Positions 24,840-36,259 of a stretch of DNA of 64,000 nucleotides are shown one piece after another (position 1 is the first letter of the stretch; each line of letters begins with the position of its first letter). A model generated the notes under the pieces. It saw only the letters and a list, made by a program, of their open reading frames with translations, did not search any database and was not told where the DNA came from. Position numbers and translations under genes: made by a program. The stretch is from contig CATNEN010000011.1 of the NCBI GenBank assembly GCA_950097015.1, forward strand, positions 2,852,001-2,916,000, read 5' to 3'. This stretch comes from Macrostomum hystrix. Lineage: Eukaryota; Animalia; Platyhelminthes.

Positions 24840-25097
24840 CCCCACTTGGGCCAGATGTTCAGCCGACAGCACAACCGCAGCGACTGGGTGACGCATCTGA
24901 AGGCTGCGTACGGCTGTCCAGTCCATGGATAATAGGGCCGCCACACTCACCCTATTACCCCAGCGAATGCTTGCTTGCATTTAACTGCTGGCCAATCTGA
25001 AGCTATGTAGAGTTAAGTGTCATGCTAAAACGTGTCTTGGAGTCGATAATCGAATCCCGGACCTTCTAGACTAGATGATCAAACCACTTGGCTACAA
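24840..25097 (-). mobile_element. Second SINE-like family with tRNA-like head
   Basis: The minus strand reads TAGCCAAGTGG (A-box-like) ... GGGATTCGATT (B-box-like) ... agcatgacacttaactct, resembling the gacacttaac segment of widespread invertebrate SINE central domains. Confidence 0.55.
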
Positions 25098-25230
25098 TCA
25101 CGTCCAGTTTTTAGCGCAATTTACGAGAGCAACAAAACCATGACGGCAAACTCTTATGACACAGTGATGTTCCAGGCCCCCTGCAACAAACGTCAAATTT
25201 ACACCGGGTCAGGTGATCCAGTTGAGAGAT

Positions 25231-25617
25231 GATAACAGTAACAAAAACTAATAACTGCAGGAAGGCTGCAAACAATTGCATATAATTTGAGACACTTGCC
25301 CTGCAGCCAGCGAGGAAACAAATTTGCCCATTTCGCTGACTCCTTAGTAACCACGCACACAGATACTGTACTCAGGCACACGCTCAACAGGTGTGTCTAC
25401 CGCTCTGATCTGTAAATCTGCCCTGACTTTCTGATTGTCTCGTAGTGTATATCCTCACTGTGTATTGTAGGTTAATAAATAAAGGGCTTAAATTGCATGA
25501 CAAGCCCCCAAGCCTTCCCTCCACGGTTACGCCCCAAATGAATGTGGCATCGCCGCGGAATCGAGCTCAGGGACCTTGGTTCGAGAGGCAAAAGCGTTAG
25601 ACCGCTATCGCCATCTG
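25231..25617 (-). mobile_element. tRNA-derived SINE family 1, diverged copy
   Basis: Reverse-complement match to the 8151 copy from tail to head, with several substitutions and a small internal insertion. Confidence 0.8.
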
Positions 25618-26098
25618 ACAACTGCTATCGTTTTTTTACCTGCTTTATGATCAGTCAAAAAAAACTTCAAAGCATCACGCTGAGTTAGCATTCGTCAATA
25701 AAAATGTATTGATAGGTGGTTTTTGAGGCACGCACGGCACAAATTGTATTTCAACACGACTTGCAACGCAATTGAACACAAAAATTCTTTTTGATATTTA
25801 AATTTAGATAAAAGAACACAGATCCAAAATATAAATACGCAGCTGACTGACACTGGACTGAATTGCTGGTTTAAAATGATTTGGGTCACGAGAAACATTG
25901 CTGTAATATTTAATTTCAACTTCTCATCAAATCGATTTCTCGTACTATTTCCATCTATGAGCTTGGTGGTATGGTGATTCCATCACACTTTGCAATAGCA
26001 TATACATTTGTACCACTATAATAAATCCATCCATAAGTCCATCCATAGAAAGTATTTGATATCTTAAAACACGATTCCAATTAACACAAGGTGGAATA

Positions 26099-29000
26099 TC
26101 AAAAGTAGGTCTCGCGTTCGATCCAATTGCCCTCAGGTAGCGAGCGAATCAGGTACTTACGAATCTCGTCATAGAAAACAAAAACTAGAGCGAAGGGCAC
26201 TGCTGGCAGCCACCACTGGAACCGCAGGGGGTACATCTTCAACGCAACGTCCATGCCCGGACAATAGGACAGAAAGATGGCCAAGGCGGTCTCGAAAAAC
26301 AATCCGAAAGTCAACGGATTGTTGAACATGCCCTGGTCAAAGAATGAGAGCCGACAAGTCTTCCTAGCAATGATGTCTGCCCACTGCATGATCACGATGC
26401 TGGCAAAGAACGCTGTCTGGCAGGTGAACTCCAACTGCTTGCGTTGACCGAAGCTCTGAAGTGGCATAAAAAGTTTCTACTTGAGAGACGGTTTAAGATG
26501 GGAAAGTTCTGCTAAACGATCTAACGAGTACAAGACACCAAATAGGCAGGGGAATACAAACCCATTCTTGGCCGAAGTTGTCTAGCAAATCGTTGACGGA
26601 GATGCTGTCCCAGTCGACTCGAATGTTTAACAGACGACTCGGCATGAAGCCGTTCTCCGCCATGATGACAAAGTACACGTACATTCCGGCTGCTGATTGG
26701 ATCAGACCGAACTGTCCGTATGCCACGCTCAGGAGTCGAGCGTTCACCAGCCGATCGTTCTTCGGATCTCGCGGCCGACGCTTCATAATGTCGCTCTCGG
26801 CGCCCTCGTAGGCCAGCGAGATTGCGGGAATCATGTCTGTGCCGAGGTCGATACACAGAATGGTGATGGTTCCGAGGGGAAGGGGAATTCCAGCAACCAC
26901 GTATGAGAGGAAAGGAATGATTTCCGGGATGTTAGAGGTGAGCACGTAGGTGATGGACTTCTTCAAGTTGTCAAAGATAATGCGACCCTCCTCGACTCCT
27001 GTCACTATTGACGCGAAGTTGTCGTCAAGCAGGATCATGTCGGCTGCCTGCTTGCTGACGTCACTGCCGGAGATGCCCATGGCGATGCCGATGTTGGCCT
27101 TCTTCAGCGCTGGCGAGTCGTTCACTCCGTCACCCGTCACCGCCACGATCTGGCCTTGGCGCTGGCAGCCCTCGACGATGATGAGCTTCTGCTGCGGGCT
27201 GGTCCTGGCGAACACGATCTCCGAGTGGTTCGTCAGCACGTCGTCCAGCTGCTCGGGGCTCAAGTCGCGTAGGTCCGAGCCGTGCACAACGCACGCCTGG
27301 GCCTCACGAGGGTTCACGTCGTTAACTGAGATATTTCTCGCCTTGGCGATATCTTCAACTGTTCTACTCTGAGCACTGATAATGCCGACGTTGTGAGCGA
27401 TGGCCCTTGCGGTGATCGGATGATCGCCAGTCACCATAATCACCTGCATGATTGTCAGGTAAAAAATGTTTGCATGCAATGTGTAGCTGGCAATTGTAAA
27501 GTAATTTTTTTCACTAAAACAATATATTTGAGCATCTTATAATTTTCTGACGCTAGGAATCATGAGTTGTCTACGAGAATGAAAATCACAATAGCTGACC
27601 TTGATTCCAGCTGAGCGGCACTTGGCCACGGCGCTCGGCACGGCGCCGCGTGGAGGGTCGATCATCGACATGAGACCAACGAAGCGCAGGTTCGACACCG
27701 GGAAGTTCATCTCGTCAGGGTCGAACTGATAGCCGTCGGGATAGTCGGCCTCCGGAAGTCGCAGGTCGCAGAAGCCCAGCACTCGCTCGCCCATGCCTCC
27801 CAGATCCTCGTAGGCTCTGTTGAAGGCCTCCTTCCACTTGTCGTCCATCTCCAACTCCTCTCCGTCAATGTAGATGGTGGAGCTGCGGTCCAGAATCCGC
27901 TCAGGTGCTCCCTTCATCACCAGCAGGTAGCGAGGATCGCCGTCGTTTGTGCGGTGAATGGACACCTGGAACTTGTTGCTGCTGTTGAACGGCACCTCGC
28001 ACACCTTCGGATTTTTCTCGCGGTAGTTCATCACATTGCCGACGCTGAGCTCGGTGCACTTGAGAATGGCGCTCTCCGAGGCGTCGCCGTTGCACTTGCG
28101 TTTCAGCACGGGCTTGTCGTCCTCGCCCGACTTGAACTCGGCTCGGTTGCACAGCATGGCGCAGCGGCTCAGCGCCTGCCAGCCTTTGCTGTCCTTGTCC
28201 ACTTGGGCGTGCTTCTGCTCCTCCGTGGTGTCAGCCTCGATCGTCTTGTTGTCCAGCCACATGTGCGCCACCGTCATGCGGTTCTGCGTCAGCGTGCCTA
28301 AAAAAATGAATATGGAATGATGCTTTCATTAAGTGTTTGTTAATGAATTTTTCCCGCTTAGATTGTCTTCAAGGTGGTGAATGGCCGCCTCTTGAAGGAA
28401 CTTACCTGTCTTATCTGAGCAGATTGTGCTGGTTGATCCCAAGGTCTCCACGGCCTCCAAATTCTTCACCAAGCAGTTCTTGGCTGCCATCCTCTTGGCA
28501 GTGAGCGTCAGGCATACAGTCACCGTGGCCAGGAGACCTTCGGGTACGTTGGCAACTATTATGCCAATCAGGAAGATGACAGCATCTAGCCAGTAGTACT
28601 GCAGGGCGAAGGCAATGGCGAAGAACACGATGCCGAGGGTGAAGGCCACGCACATGATGATGTGAATGAAGTGCTCAATCTCAATGGCGATCGGTGTCTT
28701 GCTCTCTTTTAGTCCAGATGTGAGATGGGCAATGCGACCCATCACAGTCTTGTCACCAGTGGCAACCACGATAGCTGTGCAGGTGCCTGAAACAGTTTTT
28801 ATTGATTTTTAATGCTTCGTATTGTGTTTTCGTAGTAAATCTTGTGTAAGTCGACTTGGAAAGTTTTCATATTAAAAAATGCGATAGTTTACCTGAATAA
28901 ATGAATTGTATGCAAACCAAAGTTAGACGACGTCGCTATTTAGAATAGAAATTACTTACAGTAGACATAGCGAAGTGAAACAACAATACAGTTTTCAGTG

Positions 29001-30823
29001 TATATATTTGAGTTTCCACAATGATTTTATGTTATTAGCGTTTGCATTGCTAGCTATACGCTCGAATGAGTCATAAACTCAAAGCTAGTTGTAACTACTG
29101 TATTGCATTCGTTTTCTATGAGAAGAAGGCTCAACCCTACAGTCATTAGAAATTGAGAGTCATAAACAGATTATGCGCGAAGATGCACAATGAGAGCGTC
29201 TCCTACTCAGGAAATACAGAATACACAACTGGTGTGTTTGTGAGAAACAAGTTTGGGCCGTCTCGAGTGGAAAATTCCTAATTTCTGTTGACAAGTGATG
29301 TTAGCCTCATGAGGCGAGGGCGTCATGCGAGAATGAGCTTATTTTTTCTTATAAGTCATGCGGCCCTGCACAAAATGAAACATTTATAGATAGCATTCGA
29401 GCACAATGGTCTTAGTAAGCTGAGAATAGAAAGTCTCAGAACTGGCGAGGACTGGTTAGCCTTAAAATTTGTTTGTGAATTTGACTAAATGAGTTTACTG
29501 TCTCTCAGCGGCATGTTGCAGTCCATTGTCTGTGCTCAGCCTTCTTGAGCAGCGCGGCATTTGCACGCTTGACTTCGCCGCCAAGCACGATGCCTTGCAG
29601 GCGAATGCCGGGGGTATGGGCGATGAAGACAGAGATTGCTGAGAGCACAAATTCAAACCAAGCGACCTTTCTTCGACTCTTCGCTTTGGTACTTAGAACC
29701 TGCTTCGCGCAGCCACATAGAGAATCGTGCCCTAATGTGCTCATCGTGCTCAATATCTGTTTCATTAGGTATTCCAGAGCTGTGTCCCTCTGTACCCGGC
29801 TTAGCCCATTACAATTAAAAGTATCTCTCAGAAGCTAGATTGGACATACGAGCTACATACCAAGGTCGAACGATGATAGTGACGCTTATTATTAACGCTT
29901 CTCATTAGACCTTCTTTTAAAATTACTTGTGGATTCGTTAGTAAATTCTTAAATAGTATATGCGACATCAAAATTTAAATCCCACTTTACTAACATATTT
30001 CACTGATTCAAATCCTTACCTTCCACAGCATTGGTGGAGAAGAAGACGAGGTTCTTGGTCTCCAGCGGGTTGTCGTTCGTAAACTCCGGCGTCCTTGACT
30101 GCGCCTCCGACTCGCCCGTCAACGCTGAGTTGTCCACCTTGAAGCTCTGCGCGGCGATGACGCGCACATCGGCTGGGACTCGATCGCCGAGCTGGACGAA
30201 AACAATGTCTCCAAGCACAACCTCCTCGCACGGGATGTGCACCTTCTGACCATCGCGCATCACCAGAGCGTTCTGAGGCACCATCTTCTTGAAGCTGTCC
30301 ATGATCTTGGCGGACTTGGCATTCTGGTAGTATGAGAAGACTCCGGTAACAAGGACGACAAAGAGGAGCACAATGCCGAGGTACAGGTTGTCACCAGGAG
30401 GGCTGTCGGATGTTCCAAACTGAATAGCGTAGGCCAGGATACACAGCAGGGCGCCAATGATCAGCAGCAAGGAGAAGCCACCGAACATAGTCTTCACGAA
30501 CTTGATCCACTCCGGTGTCTGCTTCGGCGGAGTGAGTTCGTTTCGGCCGTACTTTACCAGACGATCAGCGGCCTCCTGGGAGGAAAGTCCGCTTTCAGTG
30601 GTCACCTGCATTCTGGCCAGCAGCTCCTGCAAGTCAATCTTGTGCTCGTCCATCTCCAGCTCCTGCTTGAGATTGTCCAACTTCTCCTTGTTTTCCGGCT
30701 TGCCCTTCTTGGATTTTTTCTCGTCCTCATTTTTCTGTGCAAAAAAAGATTTTTGTGATGTAATCAAAATGCTTTTATTGTTCTTCAGCTTATTATTGAT
30801 TTGGAACTTACCTCGTTTGCCAT
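26099..30823 (-). CDS. ATP1A: Na+/K+-ATPase alpha subunit, copy 2; exons 30823-30812, 30734-30020, 28786-28406, 28297-27600, 27443-26562, 26455-26099 (1014 aa)
   Basis: Same motif set as copy 1, identical internal exon sizes (381, 698, 882, 357 nt), a 3045-nt in-phase ORF and C-terminus ERETYF. Confidence 0.93.
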
Positions 30824-31415
30824 GCCCTATCCCAATGAATTAATGACTTTTTTCCAAACGGGTCTCATGAAGAACTGTTTCAAATTAAAGTTGTCGGCCT
30901 GTGTCTCTAGTGCCAGTTTATATAGACTGAGAATTTCAAAGGCGGACCGGACCATTGGACGCCGAAATCCAGTTTTGCATGCTGTCTTGAGAGAGTTACA
31001 CCCAAAAAAAGAATTTCAAATGTCAGCTACAATGTCCATTGTAAGCGCACCTGCTCCTGCTTACCATATAGCTGCCATATATTCGGTAGCTATAATGCTT
31101 GGTCGAGCCGTTAGACAATAAACTAATCGACATGAAAGTCGAGAAAAACTTTTCGCTTTATCCAATGAAACTGCTTCCACAGCCACAGAACATTAGCATC
31201 GTCGAGATATCCAACGATTCTCGTCTGGTGGCGGAAACCAACAGATTTGCACCTTTTTGCTCATAAAATTTCATATAGTAACCATTTAAACTATTATTGT
31301 TGACTTTTCATATTGAATATATTGTTACCTGTTATATTATTTAACCTTGTCTCCAGGGTCTTCGACAAGAATCGACAATGCTGAGTTTTATCTTGTAAGG
31401 CGGAAAAAGTAAAAG

Positions 31416-34400
31416 GTGGTTCAAAGCCACCAAACTGGATCTCAACAGCTTCAAAGTCAACAAAACGGATGCGGTTGGGCAGCTCTGCACAGCGCAGTTC
31501 TCGAAGGAAACCTTCTAGATGCCAAGTGGCTTATTGAAACCGCAACTGCCGACGTCGATCAGTTGACCGGCCATGGATATACTTCCCTGCACTTGGCGAT
31601 TCAGCAAGGCAACGCTCCTCTGATGGAGCTACTTCTGAAGGCTCAGTCGGACCCAAGTCAGCCGGCTACTGACGGTCACACAACAGTCCAGATGGTTGTT
31701 CAAACCGGCGCTGATGAAATCCTTCAGATGCTGCTAGCAGCTGGTGCCGCCGTTGATCGGCCGCAGGCGGAACCGCCGCTGTTCATCGCCACTCTGCCTG
31801 GGCGGTTCAGAAGCTGCTCGGCTGCTCGGCTGTTGGCACGGATTTAGACCTCTGCGTGCCTAACTGTATCGCGTGACATTGGAAACAAGTTGCCGATTGC
31901 CGCAAAGATTCAACTATAAGAAGACGCACCGATAGCTGTGCTTCTAGCTGCAGCAAGCTTGGGTCATCGTGAGATTTTGACTGACTTGCTTAGACGCGGC
32001 GCCGATTTTAATCGCATGCGGCCTGCGCGAACGTGGACACATTGGAAGCGGACATCAAATCTGTGAATAAGCTCTGTTTGACAGCCCTGCATTATGACGC
32101 AGCGTATGTCGTTTTGCCAACTGCTCAAGTCTTGATTAGAAAAGGCGCAGATTTGGAAAAGGTAAACAAATCGTGTTCCGCATCTTTGGTTCTCGCAGCT
32201 TTTAAAGCACATGATGCAACGGTCAAGACTGCGGAGCCTCTACCGACCAGCCGAATGCAAATGGAGCGTCACCGTTGCTAATAGCAGCTCAGTGTGGGCA
32301 TTTGGAGCTAGTGGACACCCTGCAAGATAGCGGGACAAACACAGATCTTCAGAACAGTGCCGGCTCGTCATCGCTGCTAGTTGCAACGAAAAGCGGACGT
32401 TTAAAATTGTAGATACTCCGATTGAAAATGGAGCCAATATTGACCAGCAGAATAGCGATGGATGGCCACCGTTGCTGCTAGCAACGCAGAGAGGTCACCT
32501 GGTGGACAAGCCGATAAACTATGGCGCCAGCGTAGATCTTCAGAATAAGAATGGTTTGTCGTCGCTGCTTCTCGCAGTTCAGAATGGCAGCTTGGAGATT
32601 TCCAGGCTGCTAATCAACAAAGGAGCGAGTGTTGGGCACAAAGACGAAGTTGGGATGTCTCCGTTGCTCACAGCAGTGAATAGAAACTCGTTATCGCTGG
32701 AGCTAGCATCGATGTTCAAAACAGAGAAGGTTCATCACCACTGGTGATTGCCGGACAAAATGGTCACATTAGACTAGTGAGGAAGCTGATTAGCTGTGGA
32801 GCGAACACTGACTTGCGCAATAATCAAGGTTGGGCACCCATTCTCTGCGCCACAGAGAATGGAAATTCGATTGTGATCGAATAACTGATCGACTGTGGGG
32901 CTGATTTGAATCTCATAGATAATAGGGGAATTTCCCCATTGTATACTCGTATTTCCGCGCAAAATGGACACGTAGAAGTGTTAAGCAAGTTAATTGAATA
33001 TGGCTTCAAGACGAAGACGGTTGGTCGTCACTCCACATGGGAGTACTGAGAGGTCACTTCGACGTTGTTGTGCAGTTAATCAGCGGGGACGCCACCATTG
33101 ATCTTCAGACTAATGATCGCTGAGCAGCTTTGTACCTAGCTGCAGCACAGGACAGCTTGGCAGCAAATGCAGGGGTGGTAGACCTGCTGATTAACTCAGG
33201 ATCGAAATACGATCTGCTGAATAATGACAACCAATCACCACTGTGCATTGCCGGACTAAATGGACACCTTGTAATAGTCCATAAGCTGATAGTAATAGGT
33301 GGCGAAAGCATCAATCTGCAAGACAAAGAAGGTAAATAGGTACTCAAAACTGCAGCTCAAAATGAGCATTTTAAACGTGGTCGACAATTTGTTCAAACGT
33401 GGAGCAAGCATCGATAAGCGCGATGGAAATGGTGTGACATTGCTATACATTCGTGACCTGTTGCGAAGACATTGATGCCCCAGTCGAAGATTCATGTACT
33501 TCTAGTCCGTCAGCTTGTTTCGGTCTTTCCCCAATCCACCTGGCCGTGGAATTGGACGATTTAGAAATCATGAAGGAGATCATCAGTTGTGGAGGCAGCG
33601 TCGATGTACAGAGCAGCTCGGGCATGACTCCAGTCCATCTGGCAGGCTGTCTGGGACTCGCATATATCGCATCGGTGCTGCGACAGTCATGCGCTGACCT
33701 CACAATCCGTGACCATGATGGATTTACGGCCGCGGATCTGGCCGTGTTGAAAGGCTCCTCTGATACATACTCGGTGTTGTTTAATCATTCAAGGGCATTT
33801 CGGCAGATTTACAGCAGCGCCTTGGACTCTGGAGCAACTATAGATTCTGATTTGGTGGAGCAGCTTGTGAAGCATATCTACCTGCTCTGTTGCTTTGGCA
33901 ATGAGAGCGGCAGTCCATAATTAATTACATGTCTCTCTCGGATTTGCACTTCGATTCCTCCATCGACGAAGCCACTCTTTCGACGGAGTAAGCTCAATAT
34001 TTTGTAGCATTGCTTTTAATAATGAAAACCAAACTCAACTAATCTACAGCTGTCAAAATTATTTTTATAGCCAGGCCATGGAGGTGCTTTCACTGCAGCA
34101 CAGCCGCTGTCCTGAAGCGAGTTCTGACGCACAGAATGAACATCGAGTGCTATTTAGTCGGAAGCTTCGCCGATGGCTGGGGAAACTGCATCAGCAGAAT
34201 CTGAGAGAAGGCTTGGGGGCTTGTCGTGCAATTTACGCCATTGAGGGCCATCCTCCAAGGCACAGTGAAGTGTACACTGCCTTACGATGAGAAAGTCTGG
34301 TGAGTGTGCGCCTGCGTACGAATCTGTGTACGTGTGTGCTCAGGAGTCGCTAGCTACGGGTCTACTGTCACCAAATAATGTGCCACAGGGTTGATATAAA

Positions 34401-35340
34401 GTTTTACTATTTAACTAGGTTTTCAGCTCAATTCCACGGCCGTAAATACCGAATTTCAGCTTCCAAGCCAAACCTGGCCACATGCGGGATGACGCTAAGA
34501 AATTCCGTTGACCGAGTCAGCGCCTACGCCTGCTGCCATTATCCAGGTCCTGCATGGGCGAAGATATTAGGAGCAAAATGAAGTACGGCACCCAGTGCCG
34601 CGCCGTGGCTGCAGCCTCACCGGGCAGCGAAGGCGGCTTCATACGAATCAGTAGCACCCTGATGGAGAGGATGCTAATGTATTGGCTTACAACACTCGAC
34701 AAGGCCAGCTTTTCATAATGCTTAAGTACCTTATTAAGCGAGTCAAGGGATTGAAAACTTATCACGCTAAGAAATTAATATTCTACATGCTGGACAAGAC
34801 ACCTGCTCGAAAGTGGCAGCCTCAGAATCTGAATAACTGTTCAGACAGTCCCTGCAGCTGCTGCTGGATGCAATAACTGACCCAAGAAGCAGCGAGAACC
34901 AGTGCATGTGGCACTTCTTCATGAGGGACGCACGCCATTCACTTGCGAAAGGATCACGAAGGAAGGGCCAGAGTTGCTCGAGTTGTCAAGCAAGCGAGCT
35001 GCCGCAGCTGATGCTATAATTCGATGGTACTGTGATGAAAAACTCACCTAAAGTTATTGAGTTTCATCCGTTACTCATCATGCGAATTATAAATGAAGTC
35101 AGAGTACCCGTGTCAGAAGAAGAGCTGGAGTTCCACCAGATCTACGACGGCGTTGGAATGGCTCTGGGGCTGCTGGGTGAAGACAAGGCGAGCTCAACTA
35201 AGCAGCTCAGCTCACTACTCAGTCGGATTCCTGACTGTGCCAAAACTGCTCGAGAGGTACTCCTAATTCTGATGGAGCTCAGAGAAGGCAGATCACTGGA
35301 TAAGGTACTGGAGTCGATTGCAACAAATACGAGCGTATAA
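31416..35340 (+). pseudogene. Ankyrin-repeat plus Mab-21/cGAS-like nucleotidyltransferase (cGLR-like) gene, frameshifted and SINE-interrupted
   Basis: Many ankyrin repeats (e.g. GYTSLHLAIQQG, GLSPIHLAVELD) are spread over shifting frames from 31416 to about 33800. Mab-21-type motifs follow in the correct order: YLVGSFADGWGN (34151-34186), VDRVSAYACCHYP (34507-34545), FIRISSTLMER, GLKTYHAKKLIFY (34748-), W..QNL and CMWHFF (34903-34920). There are multiple stops and frameshifts. Confidence 0.72.
34193..34390 (+). mobile_element. 5'-truncated SINE family 1 copy inside the Mab-21-like domain
   Basis: gagagaaggcttgggggcttgtcgtgc...gtgaagtgtacactgcc...gtcaccaaat matches the 8151 copy, with internal deletions. 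Confidence 0.8.
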
Positions 35341-36041
35341 GCGAAGATGTTCCTTGTGCGGAATCAGAAATCGACTGGACACACGATGATAGCACAGGCT
35401 CTGTTTAAGCGCGGCATATTTTTTTAATACTTGAAGGCTCGCTGCGACTATGTTTGGAAAAAAATGACAGTAACACAGTTTATATTTACTTCCACGCTTT
35501 GATGATTTCGTTGAAGCTCGAAAACCGGAGGCTGGGTGGTGTTGAAGAAGGCGTGCTAAAAGATCTTGGCGGCGACACACAGGAGCAGCGATAAGGCGGC
35601 CCTTGATCAGGGAGATGATTTTGAACAGCGGGCTAGCTGGCATTGAACATATGCTTACCATATGCAAGCCAGGGTAAGTTTAGTGTACTTTTATTACCGA
35701 TTGAGATTGTGTGTACGCCTGGTCCAACTGGGGTTAGGTGTATTATTGATACATATTTTACTGAATCAATTTAACCCATGATCGATTTCAGCCAACATTA
35801 AGTCGCTTCTGCGTGAAAGCCACCTGCTCAAAGGTGAAGGAGGATGTGGTCAAGCAGAAATCATTCGCTCCAGTTGCTGATGAGCAGAGCAAGGTTGTGA
35901 AGACAATAAGTGGGTCGCTCAGTGATACGTTCAGGAGCCTCGGAAGGTTTTGAGTAGGGACTCTTTATCCACTTAGCGTATTCAATCGCGAAAAAAAATC
36001 GTTATAAAACTCATAAAAGTCATAAAACTTGATCTCCGTTC

Positions 36042-36259
36042 TGTAAGAACTCAAGAGTCAAGCTGTGTCTGACGTGCGAAGAAAAGGTGAACCCTCCAAG
36101 TAGGGCGAGACTGTATTTATATATTTGCCTCAACGTGCCACCGATACGATCAACGTGCGCGTGGGGACATGTACATGGTAAGCGAGAGTTAGTGGAAGAT
36201 GTACATGTTAGATAGTCAGACAAACCAATACATGAGTGCTAGTGGACTACGGCATGACA
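36042..36259 (-). repeat. 3' LTR, complete (218 bp)
   Basis: Begins TG immediately after the TSD and ends CA. It shares about 163 bp with 39250-39412, with 3 substitutions and one 2-bp indel. Confidence 0.9.

Noticed and set aside
29505-29838. GC-richer patch with overlapping ORFs in intron 2 of pump copy 2, including a weak ankyrin-like CTLDFAAKH
   Set aside because: There is a single weak motif, stops nearby and no splice support, so it cannot be called.
35480-35960. Exon-like segments with good splice sites downstream of the ANK-Mab-21 pseudogene
   Set aside because: They contain in-frame stops and no recognisable domain. They may be decayed 3' exons but are not supportable as a feature.
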